A DNA stretch of 32,000 bases, from positions 1,020,001 to 1,052,000 of the forward strand of contig OW818675.1 of the NCBI GenBank assembly GCA_942493095.1. The letters run 5' to 3'. The notes beneath the pieces were generated by a model that worked only from the letters and a program-made list of their open reading frames with translations, did no database searches and had not been told where the DNA came from. The DNA is from Candidatus Electronema halotolerans. GTDB taxonomy: Bacteria > Desulfobacterota > Desulfobulbia > Desulfobulbales > Desulfobulbaceae. The position numbers and the translations under genes are program-made. Positions within the stretch are counted from its first letter, which is position 1; each line of letters opens with the position of its first letter. Shown in pieces: positions 1 to 8,387 of this stretch.

Positions 1-49
1 GTAATCTTCCGCACTCATATCATGCAGTTCCTTCCCAAGGAGAAAAGCT

Positions 50-1129
50 ATGGCAACGATTCAATGGCGGCCTGAAGTCAACGCGCTCACCACGCCGCAG
101 TCCTACTGGATTCGCTTCATGCCGCGCAACACAGCGGGCCGGAAAGACATTGCCGCCGACATCGCCCGGATGCACCCGAATTTCAATGAGGCTGACATCC
201 TGACCATTTTGAATGCCCACGACGAGGCGGTCCAGACGCGCCTGCTCAACGGCGAGCAGGTGACAATGGAGGGCAGCTTCAGCTATTTCCTCTCCTTCAC
301 CGGCAGATTGGACAACCCGGACGACCCGTTGCCGCCCTTGGATGACTGCCTGCATGTCAACGTGCGCGTCTCGCAGGCTTTTCTGGATGCCCTGCGCCGG
401 GACGGGCAGGCCGAACGGCTGCCGGAAGAGAAAAAGCTGCCCCTGATCAGCTCGGCTCAAGACAGCCTGCTCAAGCTCAAGGACGTGCTCAACCCGGACG
501 GCGTGCTCCTGCTCACCGGCGATGACCTCTACTTTGACCAGACTGCGCCGGACGCGGGCCAGTGCGTCCTTGCAGGCACGCAGAGCGGCAGCAGCAGCCA
601 GAGCCGCCTGCTCAGAGTCGAGCCGGGCGAAATCATGCTCATGCCGGAGATTCCGACGCAAGCGCAGCCGTGGAACAATGAATACACGGTCTCGGTCAGC
701 ACCCGCTACACTGAGCACGGCACGCTGCGCACTGGCACTTACGGGCGGATGCTGCGCACCCCGCTGACCTTGACCAATATGGGCCATCCCAACCCGCCCG
801 AAGTCGGCATCCTCAGCAGCAAGGAGAGCAGCCCCTTAGTCAGCGTCACCGGCGGCAGCGTCAGTGCGGATGCAACTTTGCGCATTCAGGCGGTCATTGA
901 TACGCGGCAGGACCTGCTCCTCCTCAGCCTGCTCGACATGAGCGAGGGCGGACAGAGCGGCGCGGCTGTGACTGTCACTGCAAACGGCGACTTCACCTTG
1001 CCCGGCTTCAGCGGCTCGGCAGTCAGCAGCCTTGATATTCGGGTCAATGACTATGCGGCCCTGAAATCCCTGATCCGCAACAATTACAGCAGTCGGCTGG
1101 TCGATGTGCTCAAGGTGGAGACGGCGTAA
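50..1129 (+). CDS. HU-like DNA-binding N-terminal module fused to a DUF4469-type (Ig-like) region, plus an unassigned C-terminal domain
   Basis: 359-aa ORF with AAGGAG 7 nt before the ATG. The N-terminal ~95 aa (DIAADIARMHPNFNEADILTILNAHDEAVQTRLLNGEQVTMEGSFSYFLSFTG) fits the HU-fold module that precedes DUF4469, as I remember that family. The last ~120 aa are Ser/Gly/Val-rich and unassigned. The antisense 255-aa ORF is judged a GC artefact. Confidence 0.55.
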   Translation: MATIQWRPEVNALTTPQSYWIRFMPRNTAGRKDIAADIARMHPNFNEADILTILNAHDEAVQTRLLNGEQVTMEGSFSYFLSFTGRLDNPDDPLPPLDDCLHVNVRVSQAFLDALRRDGQAERLPEEKKLPLISSAQDSLLKLKDVLNPDGVLLLTGDDLYFDQTAPDAGQCVLAGTQSGSSSQSRLLRVEPGEIMLMPEIPTQAQPWNNEYTVSVSTRYTEHGTLRTGTYGRMLRTPLTLTNMGHPNPPEVGILSSKESSPLVSVTGGSVSADATLRIQAVIDTRQDLLLLSLLDMSEGGQSGAAVTVTANGDFTLPGFSGSAVSSLDIRVNDYAALKSLIRNNYSSRLVDVLKVETA

Positions 1130-1277
1130 GGTGGTGCAGGGGCAAAAGATTTTTTGCCCCTGCGAGGTGTTATGAACGACGGCGTAAGGTGGTGTGGTAG
1201 ATATCCAATATCCAGCCTGATCTCATAATACAAGGGGCGAAAGATTTTTCGCCCCTACTCAAGGTGGAGACGGCGTA
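1109..1277 (+). repeat. Reiterated gene 3' end, stop codon and hairpin module (about 2.3 copies)
   Basis: CTCAAGGTGGAGACGGCGTA occurs at 1109-1128 and 1258-1277. GACGGCGTAAGGTGGTG occurs at 1120-1136 and 1178-1194. Two perfect hairpins with a 9-bp stem and 4-nt loop lie at 1139-1160 (GGGGCAAAA-GATT-TTTTGCCCC) and 1234-1255 (GGGGCGAAA-GATT-TTTCGCCCC). Confidence 0.8.
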
Positions 1278-1404
1278 GAGCTGAAGCAGCGCTTTTGCAC
1301 AGAGAGTTCCTTAGCCACGGCATTTTCGTCTTGTCTATATGGCCTCGAACATGTTACGTTATGGTTATTTTTCTGTTCAAACTTGATGCAAAAAGGAGGA
1401 AGTC

Positions 1405-1812
1405 ATGTTCGAGGCCTCGACAGAGGCGGTGCAGGTGCTGGCCGCTTATCTTGAGGAACGTGGGATTGAGGTGCCTGTCCGCATCATTCCCATGTCTGGA
1501 AACTGCGCCGGGCCGCATCTGCGGCTGCGGACAGGACAGGTGAAGGAAAACGACCGGGTCTTCCGGCAGGGCGGCATCACCTTTGTCGTGGATCAGGAGC
1601 TGCTGGCTGAATGCGGCTTGATCCGCATGGACTATATGGAGCTGGGCAGTTCCTGCTGCTGCAGCGGCGGCTGTGCTGGCTTCCGCATCAGGGGCGAGAG
1701 AAAATATCCTTTTGTCGGCAGGTGCGCCACTGATGCCAGCCAGTGCGATCATCGCTGCGGCCTTGCCGAGCCGGAGCAGGAGGGCTTGTCGATCTTTGAG
1801 CCGTCGCAGTAA
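1405..1812 (+). CDS. HesB/IscA-like domain protein with a Cys-rich C-terminal tail
   Basis: 135-aa ORF with AGGAGG 5 nt before the ATG. It carries the HesB-like core motif SGNCAGPHLRL. The tail has CCC-x3-C (SSCCCSGGC) followed by C107, C114 and C118. The family call is from memory of HesB-like Cys or Sec proteins of anaerobes. Confidence 0.5.
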   Translation: MFEASTEAVQVLAAYLEERGIEVPVRIIPMSGNCAGPHLRLRTGQVKENDRVFRQGGITFVVDQELLAECGLIRMDYMELGSSCCCSGGCAGFRIRGERKYPFVGRCATDASQCDHRCGLAEPEQEGLSIFEPSQ

Positions 1813-1940
1813 AAAAAATTGTACACTTTTTTATTTTTTGCACTATAGTATGACCTCAGCAACGTGAAGCACGTTGGCCGCTCCGCAGGCTGAAGTCTGC
1901 GAGACCTCATTTTTCCACACTCAATCGGAAGGTTTTCGCC

Positions 1941-2735
1941 ATGATTTGTTCAACACGCACCCTTATTTTTCTTTTCTGCACCATGCTTGTTTCTTCTCCT
2001 GCAGCCGCCTTTCAAAACGGAGGCTGCGGCGCAGGCGACTGCCGCGACTGCCATGCCATCAGCAAGGAAGAGGTTGCTGAACTGCTCAAGGACAAAGTGG
2101 GCGAGGTGCTTGCTGTCAAGCGCAGTGAAGTGCCTGGCCTCTGGGATGTGGAGGCTGTGCAGAATGGCCGGAAAATTCCGCTGTACATTGATTTTTCCAA
2201 GAGCTATCTGATCAGCGGCAGCGTGATCAAGCTGACTGACAACGAGGATCTGAGCAGGCGCAGGTTTGTGGAGATGAACCGGATCGATCTGAACAAAATC
2301 CCGCTTGACGACGCAGTGATCATTGGTGATCCCAAGGCGGCCCGCCGGATTATTGTTTTTGATGACCCGGAATGCACCTTCTGCCGCAAGCTGCACCCGG
2401 AAATGGAAAAAACCGTGCAGCAGCATCCTGAGATCGCCTTTTTCATCAAGATGTTTCCTTTGGCCATGCACCCTCATGCCAAAACCAAGGCTGAGACCAT
2501 TCTTTGCGCCAGCACCAAGGGCGACAACAAACGGGCTGCGGCCATGCTGTCAGACACGCTGCATGGCAGGGAAATTCCTGCCCCGGACTGCAAAAGCGAT
2601 CAGGTCGAGAAAAATATTGCCTTGGCCAAAGAGCTGAACATTTCCTCGACTCCGACCTTGATCATGCCTGACGGACGGGTGCTGCCCGGCTATAAAAAGG
2701 CGGACAAGATAGTCGAAGCCTTGGACGAAAAATAA
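1941..2735 (+). CDS. Periplasmic DsbC/DsbG-family thiol:disulfide isomerase with an extra N-terminal CXXCH motif
   Basis: Signal peptide MICSTRTLIFLFCTMLVSSPAAA. DsbC-type dimerisation segment VPGLWDVEAVQNGRKIPLYIDFSKSYLISGSVIKL. Thioredoxin-fold active site FDDPECTFCRKLHPEM. CRDCH sits directly after the signal peptide (nt 2040-2054). Confidence 0.8.
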   Translation: MICSTRTLIFLFCTMLVSSPAAAFQNGGCGAGDCRDCHAISKEEVAELLKDKVGEVLAVKRSEVPGLWDVEAVQNGRKIPLYIDFSKSYLISGSVIKLTDNEDLSRRRFVEMNRIDLNKIPLDDAVIIGDPKAARRIIVFDDPECTFCRKLHPEMEKTVQQHPEIAFFIKMFPLAMHPHAKTKAETILCASTKGDNKRAAAMLSDTLHGREIPAPDCKSDQVEKNIALAKELNISSTPTLIMPDGRVLPGYKKADKIVEALDEK

Positions 2736-2777
2736 GGCGGAGAGGGCGGGCAGAGTGTCCGCCCTTGTCCTTTTGTC

Positions 2778-3599
2778 ATGTCTGCACCGCTCACCCTCGG
2801 TTATTCTCCCTGCCCGAACGACACCTTTATTTTCTCCGGCCTTGCGCTGGGAAAAATCCCGCTTCATTCCATCGGTTTTGCCGCGCCCCTGCTTGAGGAC
2901 GTGGAAACCCTGAACAGCTGGGCCATGCAGGCCCGGCTGGATGTGACCAAGCTCTCCTTTCATGCCTTGGGTCATGCCGCTGCTTCCTACACCATGCTGG
3001 AAAGCGGCGCAGCCTTGGGCCGGGGCTGCGGCCCGCTTTTGGTCACAGCCCGCGCCACGGGTGATCCGGCAGCATGGACCATTGCCGTGCCTGGCCAATA
3101 CACCACTGCCGCGCTCCTGCTCCGCCTTTTTCTGCCCGCTCATCGCCAAATCTTGATCAAACGTTTTGATCAGATCATGGATGCGGTCTGTTCAGGTCAG
3201 GCAGATGCGGGTGTGATCATTCATGAAAGCCGCTTCACCTATCAGAAGCGCGGCCTGCGCTGTGTGCAGGACTTGGGCGCATGGTGGGAGCAGGAAACTG
3301 GTCTGCCCATTCCGCTCGGCTGCATTGCCGCCCGGAAACATCTTGCTGTGGAAACAGTGCGCGAGATTGAAACAGCCATTGCCGCCAGCATGAGCTGGGC
3401 GACGGAGCATCAGGAGGAATGCCGCCGCTATATCCGCCAATATGCGCAAGAAATGGATGAGGCCGTGCTGGCCGGTCATATTGGTTTGTACGTCAATGAT
3501 TTTTCCCTGCAGCTGGGGCAAGAGGGCAGGGCGGCGGTGCGGGAATTGCTGCGCCGGGGCAGGGAGGCTGGAGTTTTTCATGCTGATGCCGCCATCTGA
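2778..3599 (+). CDS. mqnD: 1,4-dihydroxy-6-naphthoate synthase (futalosine menaquinone pathway)
   Basis: 273 aa. The N-terminal LGYSPCPNDTFIF, and DVETLN...LDVTKLSFHAL, are the MqnD signature as I know it. Confidence 0.85.
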   Translation: MSAPLTLGYSPCPNDTFIFSGLALGKIPLHSIGFAAPLLEDVETLNSWAMQARLDVTKLSFHALGHAAASYTMLESGAALGRGCGPLLVTARATGDPAAWTIAVPGQYTTAALLLRLFLPAHRQILIKRFDQIMDAVCSGQADAGVIIHESRFTYQKRGLRCVQDLGAWWEQETGLPIPLGCIAARKHLAVETVREIETAIAASMSWATEHQEECRRYIRQYAQEMDEAVLAGHIGLYVNDFSLQLGQEGRAAVRELLRRGREAGVFHADAAI

Positions 3600-4650
3600 A
3601 CGGCTGGGGCAATTTCCCCTGCTCGGCATCTGCGGGCGGAGCGGGGCAGGCAAAACCACCCTGATTGAGACTCTGATTCCCCGGCTGCGCAGCTTAGGTC
3701 TGCAAGTGGCTGTGGTCAAAGATGGCGCACGCCGGGTGCAGGCTGATGCGCCGGGCAAGGACAGCGACCGCTTTTTTTGTGCCGGTGCGGATGTGGCCCT
3801 GTTCGGCGAGCAGCACTTTGTCCGCAGCCGTCAGCCAGGCGAACTGACCGCTTTTCTCGCCGCCTTGTGCGGCACGTATGATGTGGTGCTGGTTGAAGGC
3901 CATGCCGCCACCGCTGTGCCGAAAATTTGGCTGACCGGGCCGGACAATGCTGGGCCGCCGCCGGACAATCAGGGCCAGGTTCTGGCAGTCTTGAATCGGG
4001 AAGAGGCGACTGCGGAGCGGCTGTTCATGTTCTTGCAGAACCTGATTGCCGACAAATGGCGGCAGACTCCAGTCTGGGGCTGTGTCCTGATCGGCGGCAG
4101 GAGCAGTCGGATGGGACAACCCAAGCATCTGCTCAAGCAGGGCAGGGCGACATGGTTGGAGCGGGCGGTTGCAAAACTTAGGCCCAAGGTGGAGCAGGTG
4201 GTGATTTCCGGCTCTGGTCACATTCCTGACGCATTAGCTGACTTGCCGCGTGTGCCGGATGCGCCCGGCTTGGCCGGGCCGTTGGCTGGAATTTTAGCAG
4301 TGATGCGCTGGCAGCCTGCGGCATCTTGGCTGGTGACGGCCTGCGACCTGCCGGATGTGCAGCCGGAAAGTCTTGCTTGGCTGCTGCAAGAGCGCAGACC
4401 CGGAAGACGGGCTGTCCTGCCCCGGCTTGCAGACGACCGGCCTCTTGAGCCGCTGTTAGCTTGGTATGACTTCCGCTGCCGCCCGCTGCTGGAGAATCTG
4501 GCGGCTTCCGGCTCCCTGCGTTTGAACAGGCTGGCCGAGCAGGCCGGTGTCTGCGCCCTGCGCCCGCCCGCAGAACTGCACGGCTCATGGCGCAATGTCA
4601 ACACGCCAGACGAACTCCTCCGGCAGGATCAGGACATCATCTCATCCTGA
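3580..4650 (+). CDS. mobA: MobB-MobA fusion (molybdopterin-guanine dinucleotide biosynthesis adaptor plus molybdenum cofactor guanylyltransferase)
   Basis: MobB P-loop GICGRSGAGKTTLIETLIPRL...VAVVKD. MobA motifs LIGGRSSRMGQPKHLL and VTACDLPDV. I start at ATG 3580 (GGGAGG upstream, 20-nt overlap with the mqnD end) rather than ORF-track 3442, whose first 46 codons overlap mqnD out of frame. Confidence 0.85.
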   Translation: MLMPPSERLGQFPLLGICGRSGAGKTTLIETLIPRLRSLGLQVAVVKDGARRVQADAPGKDSDRFFCAGADVALFGEQHFVRSRQPGELTAFLAALCGTYDVVLVEGHAATAVPKIWLTGPDNAGPPPDNQGQVLAVLNREEATAERLFMFLQNLIADKWRQTPVWGCVLIGGRSSRMGQPKHLLKQGRATWLERAVAKLRPKVEQVVISGSGHIPDALADLPRVPDAPGLAGPLAGILAVMRWQPAASWLVTACDLPDVQPESLAWLLQERRPGRRAVLPRLADDRPLEPLLAWYDFRCRPLLENLAASGSLRLNRLAEQAGVCALRPPAELHGSWRNVNTPDELLRQDQDIISS

Positions 4651-5720
4651 TTTTTCTGCGCAATCGCCTCAAATTCATCTTCCGCCCGGATCAGCGCGTC
4701 ATAGACTTCCGGGTCAAAATGCCTGCCCCGGCCCTCTTCTTTGGCAATGATCGTCATGGTTTCAACATGGCTGAACGGCTTTTTATAGACTCTGCGGGTG
4801 CGCAGGGCATCATAAACATCTGCCACAGTCATGATCCGGCCTGCCAAAGGAATATCTTCGCCGACCAGCCCTCTGGGATAGCCGCTGCCGTCATATTTTT
4901 CATGGTGGCCGCCGACCAGATCTTTGGCGCACTCCAAGAACGCCATTGGCTCGCCCGCCATCTTGGCCAATTTGTCAATGACCTCCTCGCCATACGTGGT
5001 GTGCTTTTTCATAATTTCAAATTCCTGCTCATTGAGCCTGCTTTTCTTGAGCAGAATAGCGTCCGGGATGCCCACCTTGCCGATGTCGTGCAAAGGAGCG
5101 GTCTTGTAGAGCAGGGTGATGTATTCCGGCGTGAGAATGTCTAAAAATTTACCTGAATTGAACAGCTCCTCAGCCAAGGCTTTGACAAAAGACCTGGTTC
5201 GCTGAATATGCCCGCCTGTTTCGTTGTCCCGATGTTCAGCCAGCTCGCCCATAGCCACGATCGTGATGTCCTTGAGCAGCACGGTTTCTCTGGTCCGGGC
5301 CAAAACCGTCTGCTCCAAATCCATCCGGTAGCGGTGCAGCTCCAGATGATTACGGACTCGTGAGCGCAGTTCCACGCCATGAAAGGGTTTGGTGATGTAA
5401 TCAACCCCGCCCAGCTCAAAGCCTTTGGCCACATCTTCCGGCTCAGAGCGGGCGGTGAGAAAGATCACCGGCATGGAGCGGGCCTCTGGAATTTTCCGAA
5501 TCTCCTGCATGGTTTCAAAGCCGTCCATGCCCGGCATCATCACATCCAAGAGCACCAGATCAGGAACCCGGCGGCGAATTCTGGCCAAGGCCTGCTCACC
5601 AGAAGTCGCATAAGCAAAATCCATGTCCAAACTTTTCAGATGAGCCAAGGCAATCTGGATGTTTTCCGGCACGTCATCGACAATGAGGATCAGCGGTCGG
5701 CTCAGTCGGCTTCTCATCAA
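4629..5720 (-). CDS. Response regulator with HD-GYP output domain (RpfG-type c-di-GMP phosphodiesterase)
   Basis: Receiver domain ILIVDDVPEN...LVLLDVMMPGMDG...KP. HD-GYP motifs PLHDIGKVGIPD and GGHHEKYDGSGYPRGL. The start overlaps the upstream kinase stop by 4 nt. The 3' end overlaps the mobBA 3' end convergently. Confidence 0.9.
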   Translation of the reverse strand: MMRSRLSRPLILIVDDVPENIQIALAHLKSLDMDFAYATSGEQALARIRRRVPDLVLLDVMMPGMDGFETMQEIRKIPEARSMPVIFLTARSEPEDVAKGFELGGVDYITKPFHGVELRSRVRNHLELHRYRMDLEQTVLARTRETVLLKDITIVAMGELAEHRDNETGGHIQRTRSFVKALAEELFNSGKFLDILTPEYITLLYKTAPLHDIGKVGIPDAILLKKSRLNEQEFEIMKKHTTYGEEVIDKLAKMAGEPMAFLECAKDLVGGHHEKYDGSGYPRGLVGEDIPLAGRIMTVADVYDALRTRRVYKKPFSHVETMTIIAKEEGRGRHFDPEVYDALIRAEDEFEAIAQKNQDEMMS

Positions 5721-7543
5721 TTCTCCTTTTCCACTTTGCTGAGAACAGTCAGCACCTGTTCAACCCCTCTGATATCCATATCCAAGGCAAATCGTTTCAT
5801 TTCCCGGCCTATTACCGTCAGAGCCTCAGCGTCGGCCGCGCTGCCCTGCTGCTCCATGGCCCGGCCCAAGGCCAGCGCGTCTTCCAAATTGCCGCTTTGC
5901 TGCGCTTGGAGATAGGCTGTCTGGAGGGCATCAGTCCATGCCTGACGCAACTCTGCCGCATCAGGTGTCTGGGATATGCTCAGGGAGCGGGAATTCGCCG
6001 CTCTGTTTTTGTCAGTCAGCGGAATGTGCCGGTTGACCACGCGCTGCAGCTCCTGTAGGTGAAAGGGCTTGGCCAAATAATCATCAAAGAGCGGGGACAG
6101 CTCTTCTTTCTCCAAGGACAGCCCGGTCATGACCACAATGGGAATTTTGGCTGTCTGCGGATCATCCTTGAGCTGCCGGGCAATGTCTCGGCCATCAGTG
6201 CCGGCAAGCTCAAGGTCCATCAGGATCAGGTCCGGCTGTTCCGTCCGGCACAAGGCCAGACAGCCTGCGCAACTTGCTGTCTCCAGCACCTTGACTGCTG
6301 AATTGCTGAAATAAATCTTTATAAGATGCGACATTTCCGGCATGTCATCAACAACCAGCATCACCGGGGGACGTTTTTTCTCCGACTGAGCAGCAGGCTG
6401 CTGCGCGGCTTGGCCAGTCGGGCAGGGCTTGTCAGCAGTCTGGGCGGGCATCTGAAAAATAAAGGTGCAGCCTTGTCCAAGAGCACTTTCCAGTTCAAGG
6501 CTGCCGCCCATCATCCGGGCCAGCCGGGCGCAGAGCGTCAGGCCCAGCCGGGTGCCGTCGTGAATGCTGATCTGCTCCTCCTCGCTGAAGAGCTTGAGCA
6601 GGTCGGCCTGCTCCTCAGCAGAAATGCCGCAGCCGGTGTCTTCAACCCGGAAGAGCAGGTCATACATGCCAGGCTCCCCTTCACAGCCTGTGACAGTCAG
6701 TGAGACAGAACCTTTGTCCGTGAATTTAATGCTGTTGCTGATCAGATTGGTCAGCACTTGGCGGCAGTGGTCAGCATCCATGACATACATTTCCGGCAGA
6801 TGCGAAGCCACATCAAAGGAAAAATGCAGTTTCTTGGCCCGCGCCTGGTCCGCGAAGAGATCAAAGGCCTGTCCGATTACAGCCCGCAGGTTTGCTGCTG
6901 ATTTCAAGACCTTGACATTGCCGGTCTCCAGTTTGGACAGCTCCATGACATCGTTGATGATGGAGACTAAGGAGGCTCCGTTTTTGCGGATGGAATTGAC
7001 AAAACGCCGATGCTGATCGCTGAGGCTGGATTCCGCCAAAATTTCCGCATAGCCGATGATTGCGTTCATGGGCGTGCGAATCGCATGATTGATATTGGCG
7101 ATGAATTTGCGTTTGAGGCGGTTGGCGGCCATGAGCTGCTGCTCGGTCCGGCGGAGCGAGGCCTCCTGACCGCTGGTCAGGGTGCGCAGGCGGCGGCCAG
7201 TGCAGAAGATCAAGTCTCTGTCCTGCTCCTCAACCCGGGCCAAGGTCATTTCCAGCAGTAGGGCGGTGCCGTTTTTATCGGTCAGATGGGCATAGAAGAC
7301 ACGGGGGCAGTTCCGGCGCAGCTCGGCGAGCTGATCGCCAATCCCGGGCAGGTGCGCCTCCAAGGCCTCGGCTGGCTGGCCGATCAGTTCGGCGCGGCTC
7401 AGGCCGACCGCATCAATAAAAACCCGGTTGACCGCCTTGATGACGCTGCTGCTGTCCAACAGGAGCGCATGCTGCCCCATCGTGTCAAAGAGCTTGAGCG
7501 CAGTCTGCCAGCAGTCGAATTCTATGGGAGAATCTTTTTTCAT
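5717..7543 (-). CDS. Hybrid sensor histidine kinase (PAS-HisKA-HATPase-REC plus a His-less helical tail)
   Basis: H-box FIANINHAIRTPMNAIIGYAEIL. G-boxes VEDTGCGIS and GTRLGLTLCARLARMMGG. Receiver VMLVVDDMPE...LILMDLELAGTDG...KP. The C-terminal ~95 aa after the receiver contain no histidine. Confidence 0.9.
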   Translation of the reverse strand: MKKDSPIEFDCWQTALKLFDTMGQHALLLDSSSVIKAVNRVFIDAVGLSRAELIGQPAEALEAHLPGIGDQLAELRRNCPRVFYAHLTDKNGTALLLEMTLARVEEQDRDLIFCTGRRLRTLTSGQEASLRRTEQQLMAANRLKRKFIANINHAIRTPMNAIIGYAEILAESSLSDQHRRFVNSIRKNGASLVSIINDVMELSKLETGNVKVLKSAANLRAVIGQAFDLFADQARAKKLHFSFDVASHLPEMYVMDADHCRQVLTNLISNSIKFTDKGSVSLTVTGCEGEPGMYDLLFRVEDTGCGISAEEQADLLKLFSEEEQISIHDGTRLGLTLCARLARMMGGSLELESALGQGCTFIFQMPAQTADKPCPTGQAAQQPAAQSEKKRPPVMLVVDDMPEMSHLIKIYFSNSAVKVLETASCAGCLALCRTEQPDLILMDLELAGTDGRDIARQLKDDPQTAKIPIVVMTGLSLEKEELSPLFDDYLAKPFHLQELQRVVNRHIPLTDKNRAANSRSLSISQTPDAAELRQAWTDALQTAYLQAQQSGNLEDALALGRAMEQQGSAADAEALTVIGREMKRFALDMDIRGVEQVLTVLSKVEKEN

Positions 7544-8052
7544 TGCCTGAAACAGGAGGCGATTTCGGCAGCAATATCCGCTGTTGTCCGTCCAGCCACG
7601 GCAATCTCCATGTCAGCCGCCTGTCGGTACTGCGGCAGCCGCTCGGCAAACAGGGCCTCAGCCCGCGCCAAATCTTGAAGCAGAGGCCGCTTTTTGAACC
7701 GTTTCTCAGCATTGGGATAGCTGCGCATGACGGTCAGAATGTCCTCCAAAGAGGAATGCAGATAGACCACCTGCCCCAGCCGCCGGATATTGCTGACCTT
7801 GAAGAAGCCGCCGCCGGTTGAGATAATGGTGCCGCTCACACAGGTCTCCAGCCAGTCGGCGGTCCGCTGCTCCAACTGGCGGAAACGCGCTTCTCCTTGG
7901 GAGGAAAAAATCTGCCGGATTTTCATTTTGACCATGCTTTCGATCAGGTCGTCCGTATCCACGGTGAAGCGCTCTGTGAGCGCGGCCAAGGCGCGGGCGG
8001 TGCGGCCTTTGCCCACGCCCATGAAACCAATCAGAATAATATTGTCAGCCAT
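7540..8052 (-). CDS. aroK: Shikimate kinase with a deviant Walker A
   Basis: 170 aa from ATG 8052. MADNIILIGFMGVGKGRTARALA...VDTDDLIE...GEARFRQLE...STGGGF...KKRPLL aligns with E. coli AroK as I remember it. The ORF-track start at 8307 adds 85 non-homologous residues. The stop overlaps the kinase start by 4 nt. Confidence 0.8.
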   Translation of the reverse strand: MADNIILIGFMGVGKGRTARALAALTERFTVDTDDLIESMVKMKIRQIFSSQGEARFRQLEQRTADWLETCVSGTIISTGGGFFKVSNIRRLGQVVYLHSSLEDILTVMRSYPNAEKRFKKRPLLQDLARAEALFAERLPQYRQAADMEIAVAGRTTADIAAEIASCFRQ

Positions 8053-8387
8053 AACATTCCCGCCCGGCTCTCTGACCGGGTCAGCAGGATTCACGTCAAT
8101 TATTGGAATTGTCCGAATTGTAAAACCTAAAAGGCGAGCTGTAAAATGAATTTTCAGCAGAAAGCGGCAGGGCAGGGCGGCTGGCCAGCCCGGCAGGAGC
8201 GGCGCGGCAAAGATAATTGTTGACTTGCCGGATGAGACAAGGTTGAATATGCTTGATTGCTGTTTTGAAAAACTATCTGTTTTAAAGGCAGTTGGCTTGG
8301 AGAACAACGAGTTTGCCAGAAGAACAGAATCGCAATATGCGGCGTGTGCGAATAACCTGCAACACTATATTTTTTTGAAACCCCTCT

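Noticed and set aside
1109-1277. Possible diversity-generating retroelement (template and variable repeat) or attachment-site duplication at the 3' end of the HU/DUF4469 gene.
   Set aside because: The repeats are only 17-20 nt and show no adenine-specific mismatches. No reverse transcriptase or integrase is visible in the window. They are kept only as a repeat and hairpin observation.
2745-2775. GC-rich hairpin GGGCGG-GCAGAGTGT-CCGCCC followed by TTGTCCTTTT, between the dsbC-like gene and mqnD, as a possible terminator.
   Set aside because: The stem is only 6 bp and the T-tract is interrupted. It ends 3 nt before the mqnD start codon. It may attenuate transcription, but I cannot support calling it a terminator.
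3442-3579. N-terminal extensions offered by the ORF track: 3442 for mobBA, 8307 for aroK, 17151 for ppnP, 22577 for the LRR gene, 15040 for DUF4360 copy 2, 13512 for livG.
   Set aside because: The extensions overlap the preceding gene, or a terminator in the case of 15040. They lack homology to the family. Internal starts have better SD sequences and give family-typical lengths.
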